This document shows positions 1 through 8,587 of a stretch of DNA of 13,706 nucleotides, one piece after another. The translations under genes and the position numbers were made by a program. Within the stretch, counting starts at the first letter, position 1; the number at the start of each line of letters is the position of its first letter. The DNA is from an uncultured archaeon (lineage in GTDB: Archaea; Asgardarchaeota; Lokiarchaeia; Sigyniarchaeales; SOKP01): positions 1-13,706 of the forward strand of contig CAYLZE010000126.1 of NCBI GenBank assembly GCA_964388035.1, in the 5' to 3' direction. The notes under the pieces were generated by a model. The model was not told where the DNA came from. It saw nothing but the letters and a program-made list of their open reading frames with translations, and made no database searches.

Positions 1-478
1 GCAGGTATTCATCGTAAAATTTCTCGATTAAAAAATTGCGCACGTCTTCATTTCCGGACCTGTACCGTTCGAGGATTTGTTCGCGCAGTCTCATTCTTGC
101 CCGCGGAAAGCCTGTCTCTGCCAATTTCTGAAGCAACGTGAAAGCCAACCCGTAATCCACCAAGCGCGTGTCATAATCATGCATCACCCATACCTCGAGA
201 TTAGAACTATGGACCCAAAATGCCTCCTCGGGGGTGATTAATTTGTCCGCCCGGTACCGATCATGACGGTCGATGATGTCATTGATGGAGTCGATCTCCT
301 TGAGCGCGGGCAGGTCGTCCTCGGGAAGCTCCACGGCAACGGTCATGCAAGTCGTCACTTCCTTCCCGTCAATGAAGATGCGGGTTTTTCCGTCGATCAG
401 CTTGAGGGTCAGAGCGAGGCGTTCCTCATCATCCTTAATCGGATATTCCGAGGTCGGGTCATTCATGGCATCCATCAT
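1..478 (-). CDS. Partial CDS (runs off the left edge). Lokiarchaeal expanded-family protein; N-terminal domain of the type often followed by leucine-rich repeats
   Basis: Not in the ORF track. Manual translation from ATG 478 has no stop to the window edge: MMDAMNDPTSEYPIKDDEERLALTLKLIDGKTRIFIDGKEVTTCMTVAVELPEDDLPALKEIDSINDIIDRHDRYRADKLITPEEAFWVHSSNLEVWVMHDYDTRLVDYGLAFTLLQKLAETGFPRARMRLREQILERYRSGNEDVRNFLIEKFYDEYL. The motifs LKLxxGKTxIFIxG, PEEAFWxHxSNLxxW, YDTRL and LAFxLLxKL match my recollection of this lokiarchaeal family. No LRRs are visible inside the window. Confidence 0.85.
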   Translation of the reverse strand, partial: MMDAMNDPTSEYPIKDDEERLALTLKLIDGKTRIFIDGKEVTTCMTVAVELPEDDLPALKEIDSINDIIDRHDRYRADKLITPEEAFWVHSSNLEVWVMHDYDTRLVDYGLAFTLLQKLAETGFPRARMRLREQILERYRSGNEDVRNFLIEKFYDEYL

Positions 479-497
479 TAAATGGAAGGAGTCCGCA

Positions 498-506
498 TTT
501 ATAAAA
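498..506 (-). promoter_or_regulatory. Putative archaeal TATA box for the left-edge minus-strand gene
   Basis: Minus strand reads TTTTATAAA about 20-28 nt upstream of ATG 478, a spacing compatible with a leaderless or short-leader archaeal transcript. The AT-rich context lowers specificity. Confidence 0.4.
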
Positions 507-751
507 TTTAGGACATTAATAATTTTTTAATTTTTCCTACATGTTTATCTTTAGATATGAAAGATTATGAAGATTTTATTTGAGATTAAAGAAATAGAAT
601 TGAAATTTAAGGAATAGTTAAAAAATTTCGTGATTTTAATTTTAATAATATCTCAAAAAAGTAAATATAAGAAATATGTATTCAATTTCAATTAACTTAC
701 TTATCAGAGCGGGCAGAGCAAAGAAAATTCCATATTAACATAAATAGAGCC

Positions 752-1144
752 ATGGGGAAGTATGAAAATGATTTAGAAAAGGAAGTGAAAGAAGAAGAGA
801 TTAATCAACCAATCATTTAAACATGTTTATAATTAAGATTGGATGAAAAAGCAATTACCTTAATGGTCAATACCACCATGGCAAATATTCTTGGGTATGA
901 TAAAAGTGAGATTATCGGAGAATCATTATTTGATTTCATTCAAGAGAAAAACAGAGCCGCGATGAAAAAACATTTGAAGAAAAGAAAACGTGGAATAAAA
1001 GAAGTGTACGATTTTGAATTCCTTACAAAGAGCGGAGATCCTGTAATTACTAGATTACGAGCTTCTCCCTTGTTCGATGAGGATGGAAATTATAAAGGAT
1101 CAATGGGATTCGTCTCTAAAAACGGAAAAAAAGATAAAAAATGA
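752..1144 (+). pseudogene. Stand-alone PAS/PAC-domain gene, probably disrupted (intact part is 839..1144 from a TTG)
   Basis: 839..1144 encodes a clear PAS core (LDEKAITLMVNTTMANILGYDKSEIIGESLFDFI...YDFEFLTKSGDPV...ASPLFDEDGNYKGSMGFVS). An in-frame ATG at 752 gives MGKYENDLEKEVKEEEINQPII*TCL*LRLDEK, with TAA at 818-820 and 830-832 where the first PAS helix/strand should be. The C-terminus lacks the usual DIT(E)R link to an output domain. Confidence 0.6.
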
Positions 1145-1430
1145 GGTCATTATTAATGACATTTAGACTTTTTTGTTTGAATTTATTAACTTGCTAGAAA
1201 ACTCGCGATAATTTCAATAGAAACTTGTAATTTAATATTGAAAAGGGAATAATGCTGTTTCTACATATTTGTTTTAAGTTGCATTTTATTTGAGAAAAAA
1301 CCGCCCTATTTTCTCGTATTTTAAAAATCAATAATCTTAGAATAATGTCGGAATTATAAAACGATCAACGCATTCCAAGACATGATACTAACCCCGTAAC
1401 AAAAATAATTAATATAATGATTACCATAAG

Positions 1431-1964
1431 ATGATTGAAGGAAGAAAAAAAACATTTTCACGAAGTAATTCAAAAATGAGTTCAGAAGAAGAAAATATAA
1501 TGATAAACAAATTTTACGAAGAAACAGGGAAGCACGCCATCTGGGGTGATAGATTAACAAAACAATATAATCAATGGAAGAGAAGTCAAAAAAATGCCTT
1601 AAACATCGAGAAAATTTTTGTAAAGTTGGAGGACATTGAATATCGACTGATGATTCTTGAGAATCACGTGCTTCATTCAGAATCAAAAAGAAGTAGGGAA
1701 GAAGTATCTCAAGAACATTTTCTGAGAATTCTGAGAGTAGTATATAATTCTTGTGAAAAAAAATTAGGAGACTTCATCCCTATATCACAATTAACTGAAA
1801 AAATTAAAGAATATTTACCTTTAACCACAGAAACCATCCATATTTATTTATATGATTTATTCATGGAATATAAAATTGATTTACAACCTGGAAAAAATAA
1901 TTTTGACGGCGATCCACTCGTTCAAGATGGAAAGACGTTTGTATGGTTTAAATTTAAACATTAA
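1431..1964 (+). CDS. Hypothetical protein: short N-terminal ETGKxAIW motif, coiled coil, C-terminal winged-helix-like domain (alternative start 1476)
   Basis: 177-aa ORF 29 nt upstream of the ATPase gene. aa 27-50 KFYEETGKHAIWGDRLTKQYNQWK; heptad pattern at aa 57-80 (IEKIFVKLEDIEYRLMILENHV); aa 93-176 show a helix-strand-helix-helix-hairpin pattern (FIPISQL...LYDLFMEYKIDLQPG...GKTFVWF). Confidence 0.8.
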   Translation: MIEGRKKTFSRSNSKMSSEEENIMINKFYEETGKHAIWGDRLTKQYNQWKRSQKNALNIEKIFVKLEDIEYRLMILENHVLHSESKRSREEVSQEHFLRILRVVYNSCEKKLGDFIPISQLTEKIKEYLPLTTETIHIYLYDLFMEYKIDLQPGKNNFDGDPLVQDGKTFVWFKFKH

Positions 1965-1993
1965 ATTAATTAAAATTAATAAGTTGACATGAA

Positions 1994-4132
1994 ATGACAT
2001 TAGAAGAAGTTAAGGAAGCAAAAGGTTGGGTAAATAAATGTACCGAATTATTATTAGATTCAAGAAATGAAAATCCATTTCCTCGCCCCCCTTTTGCAGC
2101 TAATTTTTATAATAATCCGCCTCAATTCTGTTATGGAAGAGAGCAATACGAAAATGAGATAATGAATGAAATCAATAAAAGTATTGATTCGCCTCAACCA
2201 AAATTAATTCGAGTAATGGGCAAGCAAGGAATAGGAAAAAGCACGTTAATATGCTGGAGTGCTAAAAAGTTGAGCGAGACCCATCCAGTACCCGTGATCT
2301 ACATGGAAACCAGCGCCCAATCCGAGGATTTTAATATGCGTTCATTATATAGACAAATAGTAGATAAGATTCAAAAAACGGATTTCATTGAGAACCTTCT
2401 TATCAATTCAATAAGTAAATTTTTCAGAATTTTTACTCAAAATGAAACTCTAAATAAGCAGTTAATATCTCATTTTTCTAATGAAATTATTGAATCTTTA
2501 ATCGTAGAGGTAAAGTTCATAAAGGAGAAGCTCATGGATAATAACTTTAATACGATAATTTTCCAACTTGTTCAAGATAATGTGATAATTTTATCTAAAG
2601 TCATACCCTTTGACTTAAATGTACTGCTCATTTTTTGGAAAGCTCATATTCAAAATCCCGATGCACTTAAAGCTTTAAATGCATTTAGAGGTACTAAAGA
2701 ATTCGATGGATATGCAATTGAAACTGATAATGATGCTTCAAAATATATTGATGACATATTGGAAATGATTAGGTGGTCATTCGACGAGATCACGACCACC
2801 ATTATAATTTTTGACCACTTGGAAGCGGGGATTTCTCAAAATAAGGAGGCAGTTTTTTCAAATTTATTTAGTCTCCTATTGAATTTAAGGCAAAAAAAAT
2901 ACTTGACCATCATTTTATCGGGAACTTTAGATGCTTACTTTACTTTTGATGAGATCCTTCAAGAAGATCAACGGCTTCAATTAGACAATTGGTCGACAAC
3001 TATCGCACTCCAAACTTTAGATGCCGAAGAGATAATTGAAATAATAAATAAATATTTGATGAATTTTTGGGATCAATTTAATTGTAGTCCAGCACCCAAT
3101 AAATCGCTTTTTCCTTTTGGCATAAACTCTATAAGATATTTATATGAAAATCACGCCCAAGATTTAAGACGCACGTTAAAGTTTTTATATAATTTAATCG
3201 AAGATTATCGAAAGAAAAGGCAATTAGAATATATTGATAACTTTTTCAAAGCTTTCAGAGCATTTCGCCAAAGAAATGATGTATTACTCTCCTACATCGA
3301 GAAGAAAGAATTAAGGACGTTATTATTGAATATGGATGACCAGGAGGGGGAAAGAAATAAAGCGATTACTGAAAAATTAGGAGCTTTTTTCAAAATTTTA
3401 AGCGGATATCCTGAATTTGAATTTATAACTAAGATAATGCCTTCAGGTGCAATTTTACTCTTAGATATAGCACAAATGGGAAATGAAAAGAATCGGAAAA
3501 AAATTGCAATACAAGTAGATATTTCAAATAACTCAAGTATATTAAATAAAGATAGTATAATTCAAACTCATGCATTTCTCAAAGATCATGAAATTGATTA
3601 TATCATTCGAGTCACTAATATTACCTCCCAAATGGAGATTGATTTTAATTCTTCAAAAAACGCTGAATTTCAGCAATTAAAGAAGGAACCATTAGATGAA
3701 ACGGGCTTATCTTACTTGTCATTTATCTTGCATTTTGAAGAAATCTTCAAAAGAGCTCCTAAAATTGAGGAAATTGAATTTGTATTAAATAAGGTGGATT
3801 TATCGCCCCTAAAGTTAAGAAATGACGTGCAGCAATCATCCAAGAAGCCACAAGAGCCCTCAATGGTGCCCCAAGAGTATTCACATTTATCTCCAAATGT
3901 AAAGTCCATTGAAATTGGTCCCGAAGAAATAAAAAACGCCGTAGAAAAATACCTTAACGAAAAGTCAAAAGAAAGTAAAAAAATTATCTCTTCAACCACC
4001 ATTAAGGAAATTAAAATGATCTTAAAATTAGATATTGATGATGATAAATGGGATGAAGATATTTGGTCTATTACCCTGGATCTTAGTAAAGATTCTTGTA
4101 AAAAACAAACTCCTAAAACTATTTATTTTTAA
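1994..4132 (+). CDS. AAA+/P-loop ATPase (Orc1/Cdc6- or BrxD-like fold) with C-terminal degenerate PD-(D/E)xK-like domain and terminal helical/wH-like domain
   Basis: NPF...YGRE N-terminal box, Walker A GKQGIGKS (aa 76-83, nt 2219-2242), Walker B IIIFDHLE (aa 270-277), sensor strand IILSG, and lid LFPF...DLRRTL. The ATPase call is firm; the C-terminal domain calls are pattern-based. Confidence 0.85.
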   Translation: MTLEEVKEAKGWVNKCTELLLDSRNENPFPRPPFAANFYNNPPQFCYGREQYENEIMNEINKSIDSPQPKLIRVMGKQGIGKSTLICWSAKKLSETHPVPVIYMETSAQSEDFNMRSLYRQIVDKIQKTDFIENLLINSISKFFRIFTQNETLNKQLISHFSNEIIESLIVEVKFIKEKLMDNNFNTIIFQLVQDNVIILSKVIPFDLNVLLIFWKAHIQNPDALKALNAFRGTKEFDGYAIETDNDASKYIDDILEMIRWSFDEITTTIIIFDHLEAGISQNKEAVFSNLFSLLLNLRQKKYLTIILSGTLDAYFTFDEILQEDQRLQLDNWSTTIALQTLDAEEIIEIINKYLMNFWDQFNCSPAPNKSLFPFGINSIRYLYENHAQDLRRTLKFLYNLIEDYRKKRQLEYIDNFFKAFRAFRQRNDVLLSYIEKKELRTLLLNMDDQEGERNKAITEKLGAFFKILSGYPEFEFITKIMPSGAILLLDIAQMGNEKNRKKIAIQVDISNNSSILNKDSIIQTHAFLKDHEIDYIIRVTNITSQMEIDFNSSKNAEFQQLKKEPLDETGLSYLSFILHFEEIFKRAPKIEEIEFVLNKVDLSPLKLRNDVQQSSKKPQEPSMVPQEYSHLSPNVKSIEIGPEEIKNAVEKYLNEKSKESKKIISSTTIKEIKMILKLDIDDDKWDEDIWSITLDLSKDSCKKQTPKTIYF

Positions 4133-4143
4133 TTTCTTTTTTT
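4133..4143 (+). terminator. Oligo-T archaeal terminator candidate
   Basis: TTTCTTTTTTT immediately after the ATPase stop codon. Confidence 0.45.
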
Positions 4144-4203
4144 AACATACAAGTAAGGCTGAGAATATTGCCTCACATCTTTCATTAATTCCACTAATTT
4201 ATC

Positions 4204-6597
4204 ATGGAAATACAAGATCTGAGTAATTTGTATGGCTCTATTCAATTGAATCCTGAAGGGGAATTTATCGCAGGAACTTATACTTCTTTTACTCTTGTGT
4301 ATACTGCGGGAATTTATGGAATGGATGATTTAGGAGGACTGAAAGTCCAATTTCGATTTGCTTGTGATCAAAGTCCCCTCCAAATGAAAAATTCAATTAA
4401 AGATGGTTATACCACGGCAAGCGCAACGAATGGAGCTCAAGTTATATTATCCTATGGTTCAAGAGAAGGTGAAAGACCGTGGTATAAAGAACTTAGAGTG
4501 AGAATTGCAGGACAAGGATTAAAACAAGGGGAATCAATCATAATTCAATTGGGAGATACCTCAAAAGGTTCCAAAGGAATTCGATTACAGACATTCTGCG
4601 AAACTTCCTTTGAATTTCGAACTCTTGTGGACATTTTCTCAATAAATGTATTTATCCCCATTTCAAGTCCAAAAATATCTATAATAAGCGGTACTCCCGA
4701 GAAATGGAAAGCCATTATTCCCACGCTAATAAACATCAAACAAAAATTTGACCTAAAAATTCGGGCGGAAGACAAATGGGGTAACCCTACTGATAAGGCT
4801 ACGGGTAGAATTCATTTGAAGGCAACTCATCCCTTAGAAGGGTTACCCCCAGCTGTTGATATAAAGAAAGGAAATTTCAGTCATATTATTAAAGGAATAC
4901 ACGTAATAAATATCGATCAATCTCCTAAAAGTTTCCAAGAATCCGTCATTTATATTGATTTATTTGATTCTGAAATGAAATTTCTTACTCGCTCGAATCC
5001 TTTAATAAAAAAATCCCAACCTAGATTCTATCAATATTGGGGCGATATCCACGGTCAATCCGAAGAAACGATTGGAACGAATTCTGCAGAAACTTATTTT
5101 AAATTTGCCCGAGATGTCGCTTTTTTAGATATAATGGGACATCAAGGTAATGACTTTCAAATTACTAAAGAATTATGGACATTACTTAATAAACTCTCAG
5201 AAGAGTTTCATGAGGAAAACAAGTTCATCCCCTTGTTTGGATATGAATATTCTGCAAATACCGCCTTGGGAGGGGATCATAATGTCTACTTTCTAAAATC
5301 CGACCAATCAATCCATCGATCATCGCATGCACTGATTTCATCCAAAGATGATATCCAAACAGATTGCTTGAGTGCATCAGAGTTATTTGAATCCCTTTTG
5401 GCTGACAATCCAAATGCAGAAAACGAAGTAATTGTTATTCCCCATGTTGGGGGAAGATACGGTGATTTACGGCAACATTACGAGGGAAAAATAGAACATT
5501 CCATAGAGATCCATTCTTCTTGGGGTACTTTCGAGTGGTTGCTTCACGATGCGTTCGATATGGGATATCGCATGGGAATTGTAGCCAATAGCGACGATCA
5601 TAAAGGGCGTCCAGGAGTTGCTTATCCAGGTGCTTTAAAATTTGGCACATATGGTGGCTTGACTTGCTTTCTCTCTCCTGAATTAACCCGGCGAGGGATT
5701 TTTGCCTCTATGAAGCAGAGGAAACATTATGCTACTACTGGGGATAGACTCTATCTTGAAGTAGGTGGCTTACTTAATCACGAATGCCAACGGTATTCTC
5801 ACGATCCAGCGACTTTTAAAAGAGACCTTGTTAAAATAGAAAATGTCCATGAAGTCGAAATGGGTGATATCATTGGAATAGGAGATAACAATGATCTTGA
5901 ACTAAAATTGATTTTAAAAGTCGCAAGTTCCTCTCCAATAGAGCGTATAGAAATCTTTAATGGAAAGAAATTAATTGATTCCATACAACCTTACCTTTAT
6001 TCTACATCACTCATAGAAAAATCCCCTCTTTCATTTGAAAATGAATTTAAAAACAATAAGGAATTATTTGATGGTTCTATCATCAAGGAATTTCCACGAA
6101 TAAGGGTGAAATGGGAAGGAGCAGAATATAGAGCACGAAAAAGGAATGCAAAATGGAAAGGAACCTTGGAATTTCCTGGTAATGGAATAATTTCAGCTCA
6201 AATGATTAATTTTTGGAATTTAAATGCACCATTATATTGTATATCATCCAATAAGTTAACTTGGAACACCATGACATCGGGCAATTTTCAAGGAATTGAT
6301 ATTCTTTTATCTCAACCTTTTAAAGGGAAATTATTTTTCCATTCAAATCAAGCCACTTTCCAACTAAACCTCGAAGATATATCTCTCCAAGATACTATTG
6401 TTAGAATTGAAGGGGGAATTGATAAAAATGTAAAACTACATAGATACCCTGTTAATAATCCGCATTCAATATTAGAACTACATGACTTAATTCCTATTAG
6501 CCCAACTACCCATCAGGATGAGTGCATATTTGTCAAAATTAACTTCGAAAATGGGCATCAAGCTTGGTCAAGCCCAATTTATTTTATTAGAGAGTGA
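4204..6597 (+). CDS. DUF3604-family / PHP-like metal-dependent hydrolase
   Basis: 797 aa with PHP-type metal-binding motifs WGDIHGQS, HQGND, GYEYS...GGDHN, PHVGG, EIHSSWG, NSDDHKGRPG and YATTG, plus the family-typical C-terminal AWSSPI. Beta-rich N- and C-terminal domains; no signal peptide apparent. Confidence 0.85.
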   Translation: MEIQDLSNLYGSIQLNPEGEFIAGTYTSFTLVYTAGIYGMDDLGGLKVQFRFACDQSPLQMKNSIKDGYTTASATNGAQVILSYGSREGERPWYKELRVRIAGQGLKQGESIIIQLGDTSKGSKGIRLQTFCETSFEFRTLVDIFSINVFIPISSPKISIISGTPEKWKAIIPTLINIKQKFDLKIRAEDKWGNPTDKATGRIHLKATHPLEGLPPAVDIKKGNFSHIIKGIHVINIDQSPKSFQESVIYIDLFDSEMKFLTRSNPLIKKSQPRFYQYWGDIHGQSEETIGTNSAETYFKFARDVAFLDIMGHQGNDFQITKELWTLLNKLSEEFHEENKFIPLFGYEYSANTALGGDHNVYFLKSDQSIHRSSHALISSKDDIQTDCLSASELFESLLADNPNAENEVIVIPHVGGRYGDLRQHYEGKIEHSIEIHSSWGTFEWLLHDAFDMGYRMGIVANSDDHKGRPGVAYPGALKFGTYGGLTCFLSPELTRRGIFASMKQRKHYATTGDRLYLEVGGLLNHECQRYSHDPATFKRDLVKIENVHEVEMGDIIGIGDNNDLELKLILKVASSSPIERIEIFNGKKLIDSIQPYLYSTSLIEKSPLSFENEFKNNKELFDGSIIKEFPRIRVKWEGAEYRARKRNAKWKGTLEFPGNGIISAQMINFWNLNAPLYCISSNKLTWNTMTSGNFQGIDILLSQPFKGKLFFHSNQATFQLNLEDISLQDTIVRIEGGIDKNVKLHRYPVNNPHSILELHDLIPISPTTHQDECIFVKINFENGHQAWSSPIYFIRE

Positions 6598-6633
6598 CAC
6601 ATTGTTAGTTCTAAGTTAATCAAATTTAAAGAG

Positions 6634-6660
6634 AAAATAAAGAAAAAAAACAAAGAAAAA
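6634..6660 (-). terminator. Oligo-T terminator candidate for the MFS gene
   Basis: A-rich tract on + (including A8 at 6643-6650), giving T-runs on the minus strand just downstream of the stop at 6673. Confidence 0.45.
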
Positions 6661-6672
6661 GACATTTATATA

Positions 6673-8070
6673 CTAAAGATTCAAATCTTTAAGCAATTTT
6701 TTATTGTCCATCACTCGTCCGGGTTTCAAATCGTAAACGCGCCACATGAACAAGAAACCAATCGCGTAAAAAATAGCGGGAACCACAAACATTCCAAAAT
6801 TAATGCCCCATTGTGCTTCAGCGGATTGCGTTATGGAAGTGGGATCGAAATTGGTTAATGGATGGAGGATCCCGAACGTTACTGCTTGAATTACGATAGA
6901 GAGACGACCAAAAAACGTTCTGAACCCATAATATACACCCTCGTCTCTTTTTCCCGTTTTTACGACGATATCATCTATAGTATCTGAAAAACACGCATAA
7001 ATTAGAGTCCAAGTTGCGCCCATCGAAAAACCGATCAATGCCATGCCAATGAACGTAAACATATAATTTTGAATGAACATGGTTAGGGTTAAAGAAAGAG
7101 CAGTACCTCCAGTGCCACACATGTATCCAATGCGATTACCATATTTTCTAGCTACTTTTATCCATAAAGGAGAGGAAAGTACGGCACTTATTAGAAAAGT
7201 AAGTAATAATGCCGTTTCTGCAAGAGTTTCTGAGACTTTCAGAACATATTGAAGCCAATAAGGAATGGATGCAAGCATTAATGCCATCACCGTAGTTTGA
7301 GCCAAATATGCAAAAAGGTAAGCGATAAAACTCTTTTGTTTTAATCCGAAAAATACCTTCTTGAAATATGACGTTCTTTCTCCTTTCTTCTCTTTTTTTT
7401 CAAAAGTTCTATTGATCATTTGCTTGCTTTCGCGCATTCCATGCAACATCAATAACACTATTGCCAAGCATATGATGGTAACTATAATTGCAACAGTCAC
7501 GTAAGAATTGACATTAGTTCCTGGAGGACCTTTGGTGATGATGAATAGTGGGATGATAAAACCTAACATTAATCCTAATAATGAGCACGAGATCTGAAGC
7601 CCACCGACTCGAGTTCTCTCTTCCTGGGAACGAAATTTATCAGGAAATATCGATTGCCAGTTAATCATTGCAAAACTAAAAAAAGTATCAAATAAGCACA
7701 GCATGAATAACAACCAGAAAAATCCATTAATACTATTTCCCGGAGGTAGATAAATCAATACGTAAACTAATGCACAAGGGATTGCTGCTATTATGAACCA
7801 AGTAAATCTTCTTCCATATCTTTTCATGAAATTAAAGGAAAAGCCAGAGATATGTCCCGCTAATGGATCATTTACTGCATTCCAAAAACCATAGATGACA
7901 ATCGCTACAGAGATAAAAGCAACGGGTAAAAATATTTCCGTTTCATAAAATTTGAATACCCAAGTGGCCAAAACGGTTGCGATAAAATCATCGAAAAAAC
8001 TTCCTAAGGAATAGGATAGATGTGTTTTTGTGGAGTGCATGATCTCAGAATTTTTAGTTTTTTCAGTCAT
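6673..8070 (-). CDS. MFS transporter, GPH (MelB-like glycoside/pentoside/hexuronide:cation symporter) family
   Basis: 465 aa with about 12 hydrophobic segments. GPH signatures: WNAVNDPLAGHIS, RYGRR, ERT, and DTIDD...TGKRDEGVYYG. Confidence 0.92.
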   Translation of the reverse strand: MTEKTKNSEIMHSTKTHLSYSLGSFFDDFIATVLATWVFKFYETEIFLPVAFISVAIVIYGFWNAVNDPLAGHISGFSFNFMKRYGRRFTWFIIAAIPCALVYVLIYLPPGNSINGFFWLLFMLCLFDTFFSFAMINWQSIFPDKFRSQEERTRVGGLQISCSLLGLMLGFIIPLFIITKGPPGTNVNSYVTVAIIVTIICLAIVLLMLHGMRESKQMINRTFEKKEKKGERTSYFKKVFFGLKQKSFIAYLFAYLAQTTVMALMLASIPYWLQYVLKVSETLAETALLLTFLISAVLSSPLWIKVARKYGNRIGYMCGTGGTALSLTLTMFIQNYMFTFIGMALIGFSMGATWTLIYACFSDTIDDIVVKTGKRDEGVYYGFRTFFGRLSIVIQAVTFGILHPLTNFDPTSITQSAEAQWGINFGMFVVPAIFYAIGFLFMWRVYDLKPGRVMDNKKLLKDLNL

Positions 8071-8317
8071 GAATCATTTTCTTTACATTTTAGCATTTTT
8101 TATTCTTAATTATAATTTATTTAGTTAAAATTGTTTATAATCCTTATTCATCAAAAAATAAAATGGATTTTGCATAAGAAAAATAGTTAGGAGGCATTTT
8201 ATTCGTGAGATCGTTCTTTTTTTGAATGAAAAGAAAATAATGAAAGTTCATAGCAGTATTAAAATATATCTAATAAATATTTTTAGCGAAAAAAATGGAA
8301 ATATCATCATCTATTAT

Positions 8318-8587
8318 TTATTTTTCATCTTGAAAGTCAGTTGCCATTTTTTCATTTGTTCTTTTCTGCTTCTTCCAAGTGTTAAATGCTTGATATAAGA
8401 AAATACACATGAATACACCACCGATTGGTATGATTATAATCCCAATTAAAATAGTATTTAGTGCCAATGCTATAGGCTCATTAAAAGCATTCAATAAAAC
8501 TGCCCCATATATAATCAGATTCATGCCAATAACAGTTAAAACTAGAAAAAACAGACCAAGATAAAGATTGAGTTGAGCTTTGATCAT
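8318..8587 (-). CDS. Small membrane protein with two TM helices
   Basis: ATG at 8587 (the track uses an upstream TTG at 8602). Two long hydrophobic segments and a basic C-terminal tail (WKKQKR). Confidence 0.7.
   Translation of the reverse strand: MIKAQLNLYLGLFFLVLTVIGMNLIIYGAVLLNAFNEPIALALNTILIGIIIIPIGGVFMCIFLYQAFNTWKKQKRTNEKMATDFQDEK

Noticed and set aside
263-530. Track ORFs 263..481 (+) and 273..530 (+)
   Set aside because: Antisense shadows of the real minus-strand gene (<1..478). High GC lowers stop frequency, and the translations show no protein-like motifs.
539-830. 10-bp direct repeat ACATGTTTAT at 539-548 and 821-830 as a possible target-site duplication
   Set aside because: No terminal inverted repeats or transposase between the copies; an AT-rich 10-mer match is plausible by chance.
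818-832. Stop-codon recoding (TAA read-through) in the PAS gene
   Set aside because: TAA terminates most other genes in the window, and no other gene has internal stops; decay is simpler.
1994-4132. Calling the ATPase orc1/cdc6 or brxD
   Set aside because: It has a large insert and extra C-terminal domains, no ORB-like repeats were seen nearby, and no other BREX genes are present. Only fold-level similarity is supportable.
4153-4176. Imperfect hairpin GTAAGGC-N10-GCCTCAC between the ATPase and DUF3604 genes
   Set aside because: Only a 7-bp stem with one mismatch; too weak to call as a terminator or ncRNA.
1354-5984. Minus-strand track ORFs 1354..1686, 3712..4002, 4545..4775, 5225..5413, 5435..5650 and 5799..5984
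   Set aside because: All lie antisense to longer, motif-bearing CDSs and have no recognisable features.
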